Notes under the pieces: generated by a model
The model's database searches: none
The model's input: only the letters and a program-made list of their open reading frames with translations
Told to the model about the DNA's origin: nothing
Translations under genes and position numbers: made by a program
DNA from: Octopus vulgaris
Lineage: Eukaryota
Reading direction: 5' to 3'
Length of the DNA stretch: 64,000 nt
Assembly: GCA_951406725.2 (NCBI GenBank)
Contig: OX597818.1
Coordinates: 146,196,001 to 146,260,000, forward strand
Shown here: positions 40,551 to 56,059 of the stretch, piece by piece
Position numbering within the stretch: the stretch's first letter is position 1
Layout: the number at the start of each line of letters is the position of its first letter

Positions 40551-43500
40551 AGCCAAAACTATGTCGGATCAGAGGAAATATTAACAATGACAAATAGTAG
40601 TAAAAAAAGTGAAAATAATATCAATAATGATGATAATAATGAAAGGAAGCGGTTGGAATCTGCCTATGCTCTGATTGTTGATACACCAAATGTTGATGGT
40701 GTCACAATAAAAACACTGGTCATTGCGCAACCTGATAATCGCTACTTCATATGAGTGACAATGAGAAGACAAAATATTGTGAATAACGGTGGTAATGAAA
40801 CTGAAGTCCTTGATGGTGACAGTGTTGCACTCGGCAGGCTCAGAGATACTGGTCCACCTCCAGCCTGTCGTTATCCACCAAGTGACCAGCACACACTACC
40901 ACAAATCAATGCTGTGGTCGTGGAGTGTTACTACCTGAGCAACCCCGTAAACGAAAATGGTGTTCATCTTAGGGGACACCGACAACGTATATATCATCAA
41001 TGGAGAGAGAGAGAGAGGATTGTTTCAACTCACAGAACAGAGATTATGTGATCAAGCTAGAGCAATAAGAAAAAATCGTTGATTCACAGAAGTAGAGCTC
41101 GAAGCTATCAAAAGACAGTTATTGGAAAACAGTAGCAGAGGAAACAATGTAAATACAGTTCCTACTGATAAAAGTAATCGCATAGCATAAAACACAGGTG
41201 AAATCTCTAATAAACCACAGGAAAGGAACAGTGATAGCTTGCTAGTTGAGAGACATATTGATGGTTTGGAAAAGACGATAAGACTAATGGTGATATGACA
41301 GATGGGCATAAGACAATCTACAACAGAATAAAGGCAAGGCCACAGGAGAACAATAGCGACATCATTTGCAACCTTAAAAAGGTTGATCGTCGGAAATTGA
41401 ATCAAGAAATGAAAAATGTGAATGAAATTCTGAAATACATTAGAACAAAAAATATCACACAGACAAGTAATTTGATCAAAGCAACAAGTATTGCTGTATC
41501 AGAAAATGTGGGTGTTGATGTCAAGAAAAATAGATATAATGGGAGTGACAAAGGAAAAGATCCGTGGTGGAAAAGAAGAATATAGGCGGGGTTAAATATG
41601 CTCTCGAAGGAGATTTCTGTGTTAGACCAAAAAAGCAAACAAAAATACAGGGCACCGAACAGGAAGTATAATATTGAAAGAAAGGGCCTGAAAGTGGTAA
41701 TGGAGGAACTGAAACAACGTCTCTTTACAAGGAAAGCAAAAATGGTAAGATACAACGAAAGAATGAATAGCTACCAGTAGAAGAGTTTATTCAGAGTTGA
41801 TCAGAAGAGATTCTACACAGAAATAAATGGAGAGTGTACAGGTAAAATGTTGATAGCAGATAACGTTGAAAGTCAAAAGTTTTGAAGTGACATCTGGAGA
41901 AAATACAAGGAGCACAAGAATGATACTGAATGGCCGCAAGAACTGAAACAAACAGTAGTCTGTCCAAACCAAGCAGAATTAGTCATTTCAGTTTGGGAAG
42001 TGAAGGAAATCAGCAAAAAGAAATGGGCAACTGGAAGGCCCCGAGACCAAATGGAGTTCAAGGCTACTGGATCAAAAGATTTGGTGAATGTCATGCACGA
42101 ATAGCTGCGCAAGTCAACACCTTGTTAAATGCCGACCAAATAACACCAGAGTGGTTGACAATGGGTAGGACATTGCTGTTCTTGAAAAACACCGAGAAAG
42201 GCAATACCGTAGACGATTACAGGCCGGTATCCTGCTTGCCACTTATGTGGAATTATTGACTGGAATAGTCGCAGAGTCAATGTACGGACATTTGGTAGAA
42301 AATGGAGTCCTGCCACACGAGCAGAAGGATTGCAAGCGAAAGTGCAGAGATATCAATGATCAATTCCTGGTAGACAACAGGGCAAGACGAGGTAAACTAA
42401 CTTAGCAATATCATGGCTCGATTATCGTAAGGCGCACGATATGATCCCACATTCTTGGATTATGGAATGTATGAACCTATTTGGGATTGCATCAAATGTT
42501 GAGCGGTTGCTTGGAAAAAGTATGCCGAAGTGGAGGACGGAACTGACAGCATACGGAAGAAGTTTAAGGAGAATAGAAATTAGGAGAGGTATCTTCCAAG
42601 GGGACTACTTGTCCCCACTGATCTTTGTACAGTGCATGATACCACTAACATTGATTCTGAGGAACGCAAAGGCTGGGTGTGTATTCAAAAGCCGCCAACA
42701 AAAAGTCAGTCACTTGTTATTCATGGATGACCTCAAAACTTTATGGTAAAGATGAATCCCAAGTCAGTTCCCTCGTTGATGCGGTGAATACTTTCAGTGC
42801 TGATATCAGAATGGAGTTCGGACTGAAAAAGTGTGGTGTGTTAGACTTGAAGAGAGGCAAAATGAAAAGTATGGACAGGCTAGCGATACCGTCGAGGGAG
42901 GTTATGAAGCAGATAGAAGAGACGGGCTATAAGTACTTGGAAAGTTGGGAAATGAATAAATTGATGGAGAAAGAAATGAGAGAAAAATTTAAGGTGGAGT
43001 ACTTGCACGGACTGAGACTGATCCTTAAGTCGAAATTAAACGGACGGAATAATATTGAAGCCATCAACACCTGAGCGATTTCACTACTTAGATATGAAGC
43101 AGAGATAATCGTATGGAAAGTAGACAAACTAAACAGCTTAGACAGAAAGACAAGGAAGTTGCTAACTAGATATGGCTTACTTCACCAAAAAGGTAACAAA
43201 AACAGATTGTATGTACCAAGAAAAAGAGGGGGAAGAGGATAATTGGATGCGAACACAGCGTTAGAGCAGAAGAAAAAACATGGTATGCTATATAAAAATG
43301 CCACAAAACCATTATTATTGGATTAAGAAGGTCAGGCTCGTGTAGGATGGAAGATTGCAAAGTTAAAGCACTGTACAAGCAATTGAGAATGAATGAAACT
43401 GAAAATAGGTGGATAAAGAAAAGAATGCATGGACAATTTCATAGAGATGTTGAAGATGAGACAGACAGAGAAAAATGATAGCTATGGATGACTAAAATTA

Positions 43501-44265
43501 ATTTAAAGCCGGAAACGGAGACTCTAATCTGTGCTACCCAAGGTCAAACATTGAGAACCAATTATATCAAATACAGAATAAACAATACATCAGAAAGGGA
43601 TAGATGCAGAATTTGTGGACAAAATGGTGAAACGAAACCGTACGGCATATTACCAGCCAATGTACGTCACTAGTCCAGAAAGAATATAAGAGACGTCATG
43701 ACAATATAGCAGGGATTATCCATTAGACACTTTGCAACAAGTATGAACTTGACAGAGCAAAAAAGTGGTAGGAACATAAAACCGAAGGCATCACGGAATG
43801 GAAAGATCCTATGGGATTTTATGATTCAGTGCGACCATGAGATAGAGAATAGGAAGCCAGACATACTTAATTGAGAAAGAAAGCAAATGATGCTGGATCA
43901 TAGATATAGCATGCCCAGCAGACAACAAGGTATGGAATAAGGAAGAAAGAAAAGTTGATAGATATGACAGGTTAGCTTGGAAAGTTAAGCAGTTGTGGTC
44001 TCTGAAAAAAGTGGTAGTTTTACCAATCATTGTCGGATCTCTGGGAACTGTGAGTAAAAATCTTGAGAAGTACATGGAACAAATAGAGGCTGCATTAGGG
44101 GTGGAGCACTTGTAGAAAACAGCACTGCTTGGAACCACTCGAATACTATGGATGGTGCTCGAAAAATAAGGGATGTTACTTTAGTTCACTGGTAATGAGT
44201 AGCTGGCACCGTAGTACGTCTCCAGCAACAGAAGCTGTGCAAAAGCAATAAATAATAATAATAAT
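40551..44265 (+). mobile_element. Near full-length, decayed R4/Dong-clade non-LTR retrotransposon in (AAT)n
   Basis: N-terminal VVECYY..RG.RQR..W; DPWWKRRI; NWKAPRPNGVQGYWIK; YRPVSCLP; GIFQGDYLSPL; HLLFMDDLK; CRIC zinc knuckle; ILWDF..RKPD..IDIACP..KVDRY; many stops and frameshifts; (AAT)n on both sides. Confidence 0.92.
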
Positions 44266-44697
44266 CGCTTTTTTAAAACATAAGAACAATAATAATGTGA
44301 TCCTAATATTTAATAACAACTAACGCAAACTAAAGAAGGAATTCAATATACTGCTTCGAGTAAAGTAGTTATATATAGTTTTTAAATGGGTTGATTGCAA
44401 TTTCGAAGTATGAAAAGCCATTTCAGCGATACTTCGAAGTTACAGAGAAATTCTCTTTTAAAAATATGTACGTGTATGTGTATGTGCCCGCGCATTCTCG
44501 TATGCGTATGTTTGTGTACTCGCGCGAGTACATGTGCATATATTTACTTCTTTTCTGGAGAAACATTCCAGGCTTAAACTTGAAAACAGTTTCTCTAAAT
44601 TGTGAAACATGATACCACAGTAAGTATTATAACGTTTTTAAATATATATTTCAATTCTTTATAAGAATTCAAGTTATCTTTTATGTACGTATAATAC

Positions 44698-44743
<46 letters not shown>

Positions 44744-45607
44744 AAATATATATAAAATTATTTACATACGTTCTTTTCTCCATAACTTCCAGAGTTTCCA
44801 TAGTGATAGTAAAACGAAAGCGCAGATTAAACACTATCAAGTCATAGAAAATTAAATGATATTAGAAAATGAATGTTCTAACATAAAAAAGAATGTTATG
44901 ACAAGAACATATTAAAATATAATTTAACACAAATTTTATAACATAAAAATAGTATTTTAAAAATTTCATAAAACTTTTCTTCCTTTGTTTACGAGATGTG
45001 CAATATTGGTTGTAAATACGAAACGTTTAGGTTAGAAAAGCTAATAACCAATGTTATCAAATACTCGACCCTTCGACATGTGGATGGCTAGCATTCAATG
45101 CAAGACATCCCAGTATTACAACTAATCAACAAGATCTCCATTTATAAATGATTACTTCCTTTTAATGTATTAAAGATCTCCCCTGGCTATGAAAGAGGAA
45201 TTATCGTAGCTGTAAGCGCTTATAAAATCGAAACAAAACTATTTTGGATTCGTTCAAAAATTTCCTATTTGCTATTCGAGTAATCAAATTTCTATTCTTT
45301 CAATATTTTTATTTGTCTTTTTTCCTGGGTATTTGCACATTGTATTTATATTTTATTCTCTTTAATTTAGTCTATTCTGTGTTGTTAATGGAAAAACCAT
45401 GAGGCTATATTTTTTCTAACCACATAGAAAAGAAGAGAAATCTGATATCTCTAGCCACGACAAAATAATTTTAGTTTCGCAGTGATAATTCTCAAAGCAG
45501 TTGAAGCAAAACCAAAAATAAATAGGTAAATTAATAACCATTGTTGTCAAGAATCGGATGGAAGAGAATTCAAAACCCTAGTCTTTGACAACGTAGACGT
45601 GCATATA

Positions 45608-45792
45608 ATAATCCTTTCTACTATAGGCACAAGGCCTGAAATTTTGGGAAGGGGTTAAGTCTATCACACTGATCCCAGTATTTAATTTACAGACCCCGAA
45701 AGTTGAAAAGTAAAATCGACCTCGGCGACGGGCGAAATACCGCTAAGCATTTTGCTCGGCGTCCTTACGATTCTGCCACCTCGCTGCCTTGA
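45608..45792 (-). mobile_element. SINE family A copy
   Basis: Diagnostic body and TTTCTACTATAGGCACAAGGCCTGAAATTTT 3' part. Confidence 0.8.
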
Positions 45793-46309
45793 ACGTACAT
45801 AAAATAATGACGCATTATTGTCTAGCCCCAGTTTAGTAACAACTGAGCAGACCTAGGTCAAAAGTATTGAAACCATGACCATCTCATCCATCTTTTTTGA
45901 ATAGTGTGTATCAAGGAGCATATTATCCAACGTGTTCTTCTCGTCTATTATTTCTCGCAAAAAGAGTCAACATATGGATCAGTGAAAGGTAACCTGCAGC
46001 CCACCACTTATTCTTAGAGCACTAAACACTTAAAACAGTCTTTATACGTCAGATTTGTCTTTCACCACATCATTGATTCAGGAACCTTCCTTTACTGAAA
46101 AGTTTCACTCCGTATCTTGCCCACTATCGAAATGGGTTCAGTTCGGTTAGTATGTTGCAACTGTGTGTGTGTCTGTGTGTTTGTGTATATGTGTGTGTAT
46201 GTGTGTGTGTCTGTGTGTCTGTGTCTGTGTTCGTGTACGTGCATTATTGTTGTCTTTGTGCAATAGAGTGTTCATAATATATACATGGCGGTGTATGTAT
46301 ATGTTTATG

Positions 46310-46471
46310 TAACACAAGTAAACGAATTGTTGCTGTTGTCTCCGTTAAATTGTTAATTGAATGTTTGTACGTCACGATGCCTGATGTCAAAATTACATTT
46401 CTATCTGTCTCTTGTGTTTGTTTATGTAAAAACAATCTAGGCTCCTCTTTATACATAATACACACACAGAG

Positions 46472-46550
<79 letters not shown>

Positions 46551-46692
46551 TATGCATTATGTACCAAATGTATAAAGCGCCTAAAATTGCTTAGACAAAA
46601 AACAAAGCAGACAGATTTTGACATTTCGCATCATGACGTACGAATTTCTAATTAAAATTTCAACGGAGAAAACAACAATTCGTTTGCTTGTT
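46310..46692. mobile_element. Old fold-back element around a (TA)n core
   Basis: AAACGAATTGTTG..TCTCCGTT..GTACGTCACGATGC..ATGTCAAAAT vs ATTTTGACAT..GCATCATGACGTAC..AACGGAGA..CAACAATTCGTTT. Confidence 0.7.
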
Positions 46693-47318
46693 CTACCAGC
46701 GATAAGAACATTTAAAACACGAATCGAAAGTCAGTGAAAAGAACGAACTGACACATTACGGAATCACGTACTTCCTTACCCAAGACTTATATTCATCAAA
46801 ACAACGTTTGGCGGAATATCTGACCGATGTGCGGAATGATGTGCTTCCACCAACTAGAGCAAGTTATACGAAGATGTTTTCTTAGTTTTGAAGACCAAGT
46901 GGGAGTCAATAACCGAGTTGATATATTACAATCTGTCCCTGGGTTCGTACCACAACACACGACTGAGTAAAGAGCATGTGTCTCGGATTGAATCAATGAA
47001 AATAGCATTGAATCTTGGCTTGTCGTTACCGATACGACGCAACATGTGATGGTAGTATGGGCGGAGGTAATTAAAAGCGTTATTCGATCAGAGAGTCTGT
47101 AGGGTTAGACATTTCTTGCAACTAGTCTAAGGAAATGCAATGATCAAATAGCTCGCTCTTCCTTTGAAAGTGGAGCGCTTCAACGAGGATCTTTTAGACG
47201 TCCAGAAATACCTGCCTGAGAAGAACAGATTAAACAAGGAGCATGATGCTGGTTTATGACAAGATGATGGTAGTAAAAGAACTCTCTCCCTCGCTCTCTC
47301 GCTTTCCTAGCGTGCATG

Positions 47319-47418
<100 letters not shown>

Positions 47419-47616
47419 TATATATATAGTAAGAAAAAGGGAGGAGAAGAATTTCGATAACCGCAACATGGTGAGTTGTAATGCAAAATCTAGGCATTAC
47501 AGCTTGAGTTCATTTTGTCCTTTGGCAGGTGTATATGAGCAAACAGGGGGTCATGGGACTTTCCCTACCCTGTCTGGCGCTAGAACTGCTAATGGACTAC
47601 AAACACATGCGCACGC

Positions 47617-47677
<61 letters not shown>

Positions 47678-48191
47678 CACACACACACACACACAGGAAT
47701 TCTAGTGGAAGATGAAAAAGTTCTGGAAAGCTCCCACCTTCTCGTGGCAGCTTCTCATAATGGCTGGGTCTTACTCCTTTCTTGATTCTTAAAATATACC
47801 TGTGTTGTATATAATCATCTAATATAAGTGTGCAACATCTGATAATATGTTATGTAATTGTTTTTGCATAATTAACTAATTCACGCCATGTCTTAATATA
47901 TAAATCAATGCATCCCCTCGGTATTTATATGACTTTATTGTACATATCTACAGGCTTTTCAGTCCTCTTTGCTATATTCTTATTATATGAATATATGAAT
48001 GGGACTCAACAAAATAACTGTCATTGTTGTCGCCATCATCATCTTCATCATCGTCGTCGTCGTCTCGTTGTCGTTATCATCGTCATCATCGTCGTTGTTG
48101 TCAGCATCATCATCATCATCATTATCATCATCATTGGAATTTATATTTGCAACGTAATTGCATCCGTTTCACTATTATTGTTGTTTCTTAG

Positions 48192-48505
48192 AAGGCGGCG
48201 AACTGCCAGAGTCGTTAGCCTGCAGGAAAAATTGCTAAGCGGCATTTCATCCGTCTTTACGTTCTGAGTTCAAATTCTGCCGAGATCCGCTTTGTCTTTC
48301 ACCTCTCGGGGTCAATAAAAGGAGTTCTAGTTGAGCACTGAAGTCTATGTAATCGACTAGCCCCTCTTCCAAAATTTCGGGCCTTGTACCTATAGTAGAA
48401 AGCCTTTCAACCTTCAAGGGTTGATAAAATATGTACCAGTCAAACACTGGTATCGATGTAATCACTTTTCCTCAAAACTGCTGATTTTGTGCCAAAATTT
48501 AGAAA
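48192..48505 (+). mobile_element. SINE family A copy plus partial copy
   Basis: AAGGCGGCGAACTGCCAGAGTCGTTAGC..GTTCTGAGTTCAAATTCTGCCGAG..GGCCTTGTACCTATAGTAGAAA. Confidence 0.8.
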
Positions 48506-49995
48506 GAATTATTGTTATTGCCGTTGTAAGTCAATTAAAGAATATTGAAGAATAATAAACGGTTTTGACTCTCAGTGAAACAATTTAATTTACGTTTGTC
48601 AGAAATGACCTTAGAGAATTCTGTAACGTTAACCTTCCCATTTATATTTGCTCTAAATTATAAAGATTGTTTTTCCTGTTAAAATATTTTATTTGACTAT
48701 GTGTGCATTTTGTCTCTTCTTGTGAAACCATTTCACTTCCTTCATTAAATATCTTAAGAAAGACATGAATGACTCATCTCCCTTTCTCTTTCTTCCCTTC
48801 ATACAGTCTTGAGCTTAAGCCTCTTCATTTGAAGTTGGCACTAAAGTGCATAGAAAAGATATTCATATCTCAACTTTACTTGTCCAACTGTCTCTATAAC
48901 AGCTAGTTCTTTCTAGTTCTAGTCATTTTATGTACTTTACAGAGCTACTGCACACGAAAAAGCATGACAAAAACAAACCATCATATATTCATTTCTTATT
49001 AGCTAGCAATTTTATAGCAATTCGAATTGCAGCTAACATTAGAGCTGGACATATTATTTTAACCTTAATTAGTGATTTTCTATCATTCTCATTAATCAAC
49101 ACCGCCATTATCACAACATCAATTGTTTTTTTTATTCAAATTAGTTATTTTATTTTCGAAATCGTAATTGCTATTATTCAAGGTTATATTTTCTCTTTAT
49201 TAATTACTTTATACTCTGCGGTTTTATAGCAAAACCATTTCGCTGTATAAAATTACAGCTTACAGTCTCTATCATATTCTTGAACTGCTAGGATTTGGGA
49301 TAGGATCTAGTCAGCATTAGCATACAGATATTAATGTGTGTGCGTGCGAACAGACAGTAATAGCTGTATGCAAACCAGTGTACAGATATTAATGCGTAAG
49401 CTCTGTACGGCATTCTGTTAATGATGCTAGAAAAAGGCATGAGTGTTACTGTATCTTACTTTCATCTCTCTAAGCACGCAGGAATATGTGTGTGCTTTAG
49501 AAGTTTGCTTCTTGAATATATGGCTTTGGGTTCGATCATACTGCGCTATATTCCATCATAGTCTCGAATCAAACAAATCTTTCTGAGTGAAAACTGGAAA
49601 ACGGAAACTGTGTGGAAGCTCGCTGAATGACCCAATTTGTTTCTGAACGACAGACTTAATCTGCTCCTGGTTCTTGCATGACTTTATCAGTATCCATTGT
49701 GTTGTGAGCATTTGGTTCTAGTCTCTTATCTGAAGACAACTTGCTTTCTTCATTTATCCTGTTTCTGAGGCGAGATGAAATGCTACAAGACACAGCCGAG
49801 AAAAGAAACGAAAGACACAATATTCACAATATTACATCAATGAATTTATGGCGTTGTGCTTCGGCCATCCAATTTCACTTTCTTCTCAAATACTCGTTGG
49901 AAAAATCTCGAGCTTCAACAACCCTCACCTTACCTTTCTTAAAATCGAAGACTTCTTATTCAAAAACAATATTCAAAAATAAAAGAAAGTAAAGT

Positions 49996-50058
<63 letters not shown>

Positions 50059-50683
50059 GAGAAATAAAGAAACGGAAAGGATGAAAGCAAAAAAAAAAAA
50101 AACAGAGTTTCTGAATATTGTCTTTAATTTTAGTAGTTTCGATGTTTCAATTTTCAAATTTTTAACATATTTTTACAATTATTTATTCAAAGCGATTTCT
50201 CCTTCATTTTGTTTATTTTCCCAGTTTATTTCATTGGTAGTTGACATTTAACACTGAAACTGAACAACTAACATATTATTAATAAGGAATATTAAACTGT
50301 ATTACACTGATTTGAAAGAAAATGGAAACCTGAGAAGACCAAGCGAAAAAGAACTTAATTAAATTAAATTCATTCAGAATTCAATCACTGTTATTATTTC
50401 TTCTGTTATCGCTGTAATCGTTGCTTTTGATATTAATGGCAAAAGTGGCGGAGATGGTTTTGGTAGCGGTGGCGGTGGTGGTAGTGGTGGTTTGTGTTGT
50501 ATTTCATTGTGTTACGTTGTACTTGTGCACGTGTATATCTTTACGTATGTCTGTATTGTGTGTTTGTATTGAGTATGTGAGTATGATGCTTTGAGTTTGC
50601 TGCTCTCTTCTACAGAAGTAGATTCGCTTCTTAACATCTAACACCAAATCTTTGATTTAAAGAACTGCCGTTTAAGAGAGAGG

Positions 50684-50725
<42 letters not shown>

Positions 50726-52340
50726 TTAAGAGAATAAAGCAAAGCTAATGAGAAAATACAAGAGAGAGAAACAGAGAAGAGCGAGAAAGAGAGAGACGGG
50801 AAAGAGAGAGAGAGAATTTCATAAAAAATCGTTAAAGGTCATTGAATGTTACAATGAAACCGATTGCTTAAGACTTGTTCACGCATGCGCTGACAATGCA
50901 TTATTAAACCAACTCACAGAAACAGAAGATTATTTTAAAACAAAATAAAATCAACTCAAAATGAAAGCACACAGATATTTTGATAATAAAATAAAAAAAA
51001 AACGAAGACACATTTTCTCTTTTTTGCGGTTAATAATCTTGTATTTGCTAAATAAATTACTTTAACGGTATGGATATTGTTGTTGCTGTTGTCGACATTT
51101 ATCACCAGGTCAGCTCTGGTTGAGCAGACTACGATCAAAGGCATTCTGGCCACAATCGTCACTTTTTTTTTTAGTTATTGTATATCTAAGGCTACATAAC
51201 CCTATGTGACCCTCTCTTTTTAATTGTAGTATTTAACTCGAGATGAATTTGGCTAATATTTCTAACTCTTCGTAAGAACACGGAGAGAATCTTTCAGTGT
51301 CATTAATGAATGTTTTGCTAAAGCCAGTGCAGGGGAGCATTAGTTATAAATCAGGTTGCTGGTGATGTTGCTGTCATTGATGTTATTGTTGTGTAGTCCA
51401 ACGTCCGCCTTTATTGAAAAAGCTATATTATCCGATATGTGCTTCCTTTTATAAGATGATAGGATGTTATTTGGGGAGGTTTGGTGACTGTTTTTATCAT
51501 GCCGCGAAACCACGTTAGATCTTCTGTTGGATCCTCATTGTCGTTCTCATCAATGTCGTTGTTTATTGTTTATTGGCCTACAGCACTGATTAAGCACAGA
51601 GTGATTGAATTATCTCTAACGTAACAAAAGCCACGTAGAGATTCTCATTACAGCCATTAAAAATCCGGTGGTTAAAGGAAGACTGAAGTTTTCAAATTTT
51701 GATAAACGTTTAACGTTCTGTTATGACATTTCCTCTCCAAACTAAATATAAGTTCTTTGTGTGTAGGCAGACAAAAAAGCTAGTAATATAACCAAACTGC
51801 ACCTTGAAATGTCTTCTTGTCATTTAAACGTGGAGTAGATGTCGTACAAGACGTTAAGTGCACGACAAATCGACACACGATGTAATGTCCCCCAAAAGAG
51901 AAGAAATAAATATCATAGGCTTCACACACATTACACATTGCCGAGGTTGATATGAATGATATTTTATCTGAATGTTTACAGGCTGATGTTCATTAGAAAA
52001 CGTGTACAAGAAGATAATTCATATTGAAAATTGGAGACGGCTGTAAGATTCTGGTGTAACAAATCGGTAATGCAGGATGCGAATTTTGGTCCAAGCGACA
52101 CCACTTTATTTGCAGAATACATTATTAGCAAGAAAAACAAAAACAGTGAAAAAAGCTTAAAAAATAAAAAGCACAAAGTCATCGCATTCCTTTGGGAAAA
52201 AATGAGATGTTGACGTTTAGGACAGTTGTCATTTGTCAAGATAGTTGGCATTGGAATAAGATGAGAAGAAATGTTTTAAGACAAAAAAACAATTTGCGAT
52301 TATCAGAGAATCATGTTGAATAATATTAGGCAGGACGTAA

Positions 52341-52388
<48 letters not shown>

Positions 52389-52639
52389 ACACATGTATGT
52401 ATTTAGTTACTCTGATCACAACTCGTAAAACGTAATTAAGTAAAATCTGTTACATGACAAAGGCAGGGGTTGTCGGTAAGTAAACTGACATCTTCCTCAG
52501 ATTTGCCCAGTGAAGAGGATTGATAGAAACTCACCAGGACAAAAACAGCACCTGCGTAAAGGTTGGATGGACCCAGCATGAGTTGAATGAGTGTCTAGCA
52601 ACAGTATGTGAGAGTTTATTAAGTAACCGAGATGGTGAA

Positions 52640-53078
52640 TGAAGATGCTGAATTTCTCAACTCCCAAGATCCTCCACCACTCCCTCTCCATGAACTCCAC
52701 TTAAATGTCGGTTGCCCTGTTATCTTCCTATGCAATCTAAACGCTCTCACACTATGCAATGAAACTCGCTTTGTTGTCAAACAAATGCTGGACAACGTCA
52801 TTGAAGACCAAATTATCATGGGACACGACAAAAACGATACCGTTTTCATTCCGAAAATTCCGCTAACACCCAACAGACTACTCCTACCTTATGCAGAGAC
52901 TTCAGTTCCCTCTCACACTCGGTCGCTGAAAGTTGTCGGACTGGATCCTCGAACGTCGTGCTTTTCACATGAACAGTTCTATGTCGGTTGTTCCGGAGCT
53001 GGCCATCCAGACACCTTATTCATCTATGCTCCTGAAGAAAAAACCAAAAATGTCGTCTACAAAGCAGCCCTACAGTAG
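52640..53078 (+). pseudogene. Helitron Rep/Hel C-terminal PIF1-like helicase fragment
   Basis: PLPLHELHLNVGCPVIFLCNLN..LCNETR..VFIPKIPL..SLKVVGLD..CFSHEQFYVGCS..TKNVVY matches the Helitron PIF1 C-terminus with an internal deletion. Confidence 0.85.
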
Positions 53079-53726
53079 TTATTTCTCTACTGCAATCTTC
53101 ATATCTTCACCAAAATGTAGCTGATAGCAATCAAACTTCCTGCAAGTATTTCATTGATCTTTTGCTTCATTTCCCTGATTACTGTTAACAGTATATTACC
53201 TTCAATGACCCTTCTTACTTCACGCACGCTGTTCGCTCATAAGCATGCTCTGACATTTATTTTTGTACATGGCATAATTCTATTTGTGCGCTTGCTATAA
53301 ATGTTTGCTTTTCTTTATCATACATGAATTTCGTTGAAAAAAAAAAAAAAGCTTCAATGCAGTTGCGTCAGGTATTACGAGAAAAATCAGTACATGATAC
53401 AAAAAGCTTCAGGTAAGATATAATATGCCTAATGCCTACTGCAATTGCGATCTCATTTCATGGACTTTCATTTATTACTAACTGCCAAATTTGTATTAAA
53501 AAAAAGTATTCCCTAAATTTATTACCTAAGTTGATTTATACCTTATCATAAACTGCTAACGAAAATAGTAATTGTACATTTTACGCTTATCAACTTGAAA
53601 CGACTTCTAACTGCGGGCTTAAACCGTTCACAGGAATGCACCATTATAATAAATTGCACTGTTCAAAGGACGGGTTCATGTGCTAGTATATATATGTGTG
53701 GATGTGCGTGTGGTATGTTATCTATT

Positions 53727-53807
<81 letters not shown>

Positions 53808-53888
53808 GCACACACATAAGTCAGGAAAAAAAGATGCAGTCGTATATCTGTCAATAGAGTGGGTATATTATCCGAAATGTACAGTATT

Positions 53889-54790
53889 ATATTGGGTTGG
53901 CAACTAAGCTCTCGACATTTTTATTTATTAAAATTTTTTAAAAGGTTTACTAAAAAATACCAACTAATTAATCAATAATGTATTCACCCTTGTTTACAAC
54001 TTCTTCCCAACGTTCAACAAGATTTTCAATACCTCGTTGATAGAAATCACTCGATTTCGACTCGAATAATTGATCCAACCAAGCTTTCAATTCTGCATCA
54101 GTATTGAACAAAACTCCGTGCATAGCATTTGAAAGAGATCGAAAGAGGTGGAAATCCGTTGATGCCAAATCAGGAGAATGCGGCGGGTGTGGCAGCACCT
54201 CCCAGCCATGCGTCTGAATGGCTTCTTTGGTAATATTGGCGATATGAGGGCGGGCATTGCTGTGCAGCAGAACTCCGTGCTGCCAATTAGGTATTTTCTC
54301 TTGAATAGCCGTGTTGAGTCGTTCCATCTGTTGACCGTTTGGTTCCGTTCAAGCAATTCGTAATGGATAATCCCTTCCCAGTCCCACCATACACATAGCA
54401 TCATTTTACGCGGATGAAGATCTTGTTTAACGCGCGGTGTCGCTTGTTTACCAGGGCTCAGCCATTCCTTATGCTGCATCATATTGATGTACAGGCACCA
54501 TTTTTCGTCGCCGGTAACGATTCAGTAAAGAAATCGTTGCTTGTGTCCATGAGTTGAGCGGTGGCGAGCAAGTAAGCCAACAGGGATTGTGGCTCTTTGA
54601 TTTTTGTTGTTGTCACTTAAAGCATGCGGAACCCATGCTCCATACTTCTGAACCGTTCCCATCGAGTGAACATGCTTCTGTATCGCAGTGTGGGAGCATT
54701 CCATTTTCTCTGCAAGTTCCCTTGTCGTTTGGCGAGAATTTTCTTGCAAAAGTTGGTTTAATCACTCTTCATCGAACTCAACTGGACGGT
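53889..54790 (-). mobile_element. Mariner transposon, 3' two-thirds with TIR
   Basis: WVPHAL, IVTGDEKW, MLCVWWDWEGIIHYELL, LHSNARPH, HPPHSPDLASTDFHLF; TIR TA|TTGGGTTGGCAACTAAG at ~53890; 5' end missing. Confidence 0.92.
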
Positions 54791-54831
54791 AAGATCAGCC
54801 GTGATAGATCTATAATACTGTACATTTTCAT

Positions 54832-54871
<40 letters not shown>

Positions 54872-54878
54872 TTTTCGT

Positions 54879-54989
<111 letters not shown>

Positions 54990-55578
54990 TTTTCGTAACA
55001 TATATATATATTTTATTTTATAGAAGGAGCTTCTACAGGACTAGAACTGTTTCATTCAGATGAAATCTTCAGGAAGCTGGCTGTCAAAATATGTTCTGGT
55101 ATTTATGCATTTAGGTAGATTTAATGGAGTGGTGGTGGCAGGGGGGACGTTTTTTGGGTAGGTTGGTATTTAGGAGATAAATAGGGCACAAGCTATTGTT
55201 CTTAGGGGACTGGTCAAAAGGCCAGAGTGTTTTTTGAAATGAAAAGAGTCAGTGAGAAAATAAATAAATAAATAAATGAATAAATAGAATAAATGAATAG
55301 AAACCCCAAGAATATTATTTCAACAGATATATGGGATGGGATTTTAGGTAAATTAGAAGACAATTGCTTTTTGGTGGTCAAGAAGAGGTAGGCAGTTTTT
55401 TATTGTTAGGTGGAGGGAATAAATAGATAAATATACATGAAAAAACATTAAAAAAATATAAAATAAATATACATACAAACACACATACATACACATGCAA
55501 ATATACATATGCATACATACATACGCACATATATATACATACATACACATACATACATATATATATATATATACATAT

Positions 55579-55621
<43 letters not shown>

Positions 55622-55667
55622 TATACACATACATATACATACATACACCTACATACACACACATACG

Positions 55668-55701
<34 letters not shown>

Positions 55702-56059
55702 CACACACACACATACAAATACACATGAGTATACATACATAAATATACCCATGTACATATAAACATATACATAATTATGCATACATAAACACATATATAA
55801 ATATACATATGTACACACAGACACACACATAAATATATACACGAAATATAAACACATATGCACATATAAAAACAAATGTGTATATAAATATATATACGCA
55901 TATATAAGTATATATACGCATATAAACACATATATGCATATATGCATATATGCGTATATATACTTATATATGCGTATATATATTTATATACACATGTTTT
56001 TATATGTGCATATGTGTTTATATTTCGTGTATATATTTATGTGTGTGTCTGTGTGTACA

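Noticed and set aside
52632-53078. Host PIF1 helicase gene
   Set aside because: Intronless, truncated, internally deleted, with mutated motifs and a Helitron-type C-terminus.
55353-55947. ORFs rich in Y/I/C/V/M/H/T here and throughout the window
   Set aside because: Translations of (TA)n/(CA)n-derived sequence.
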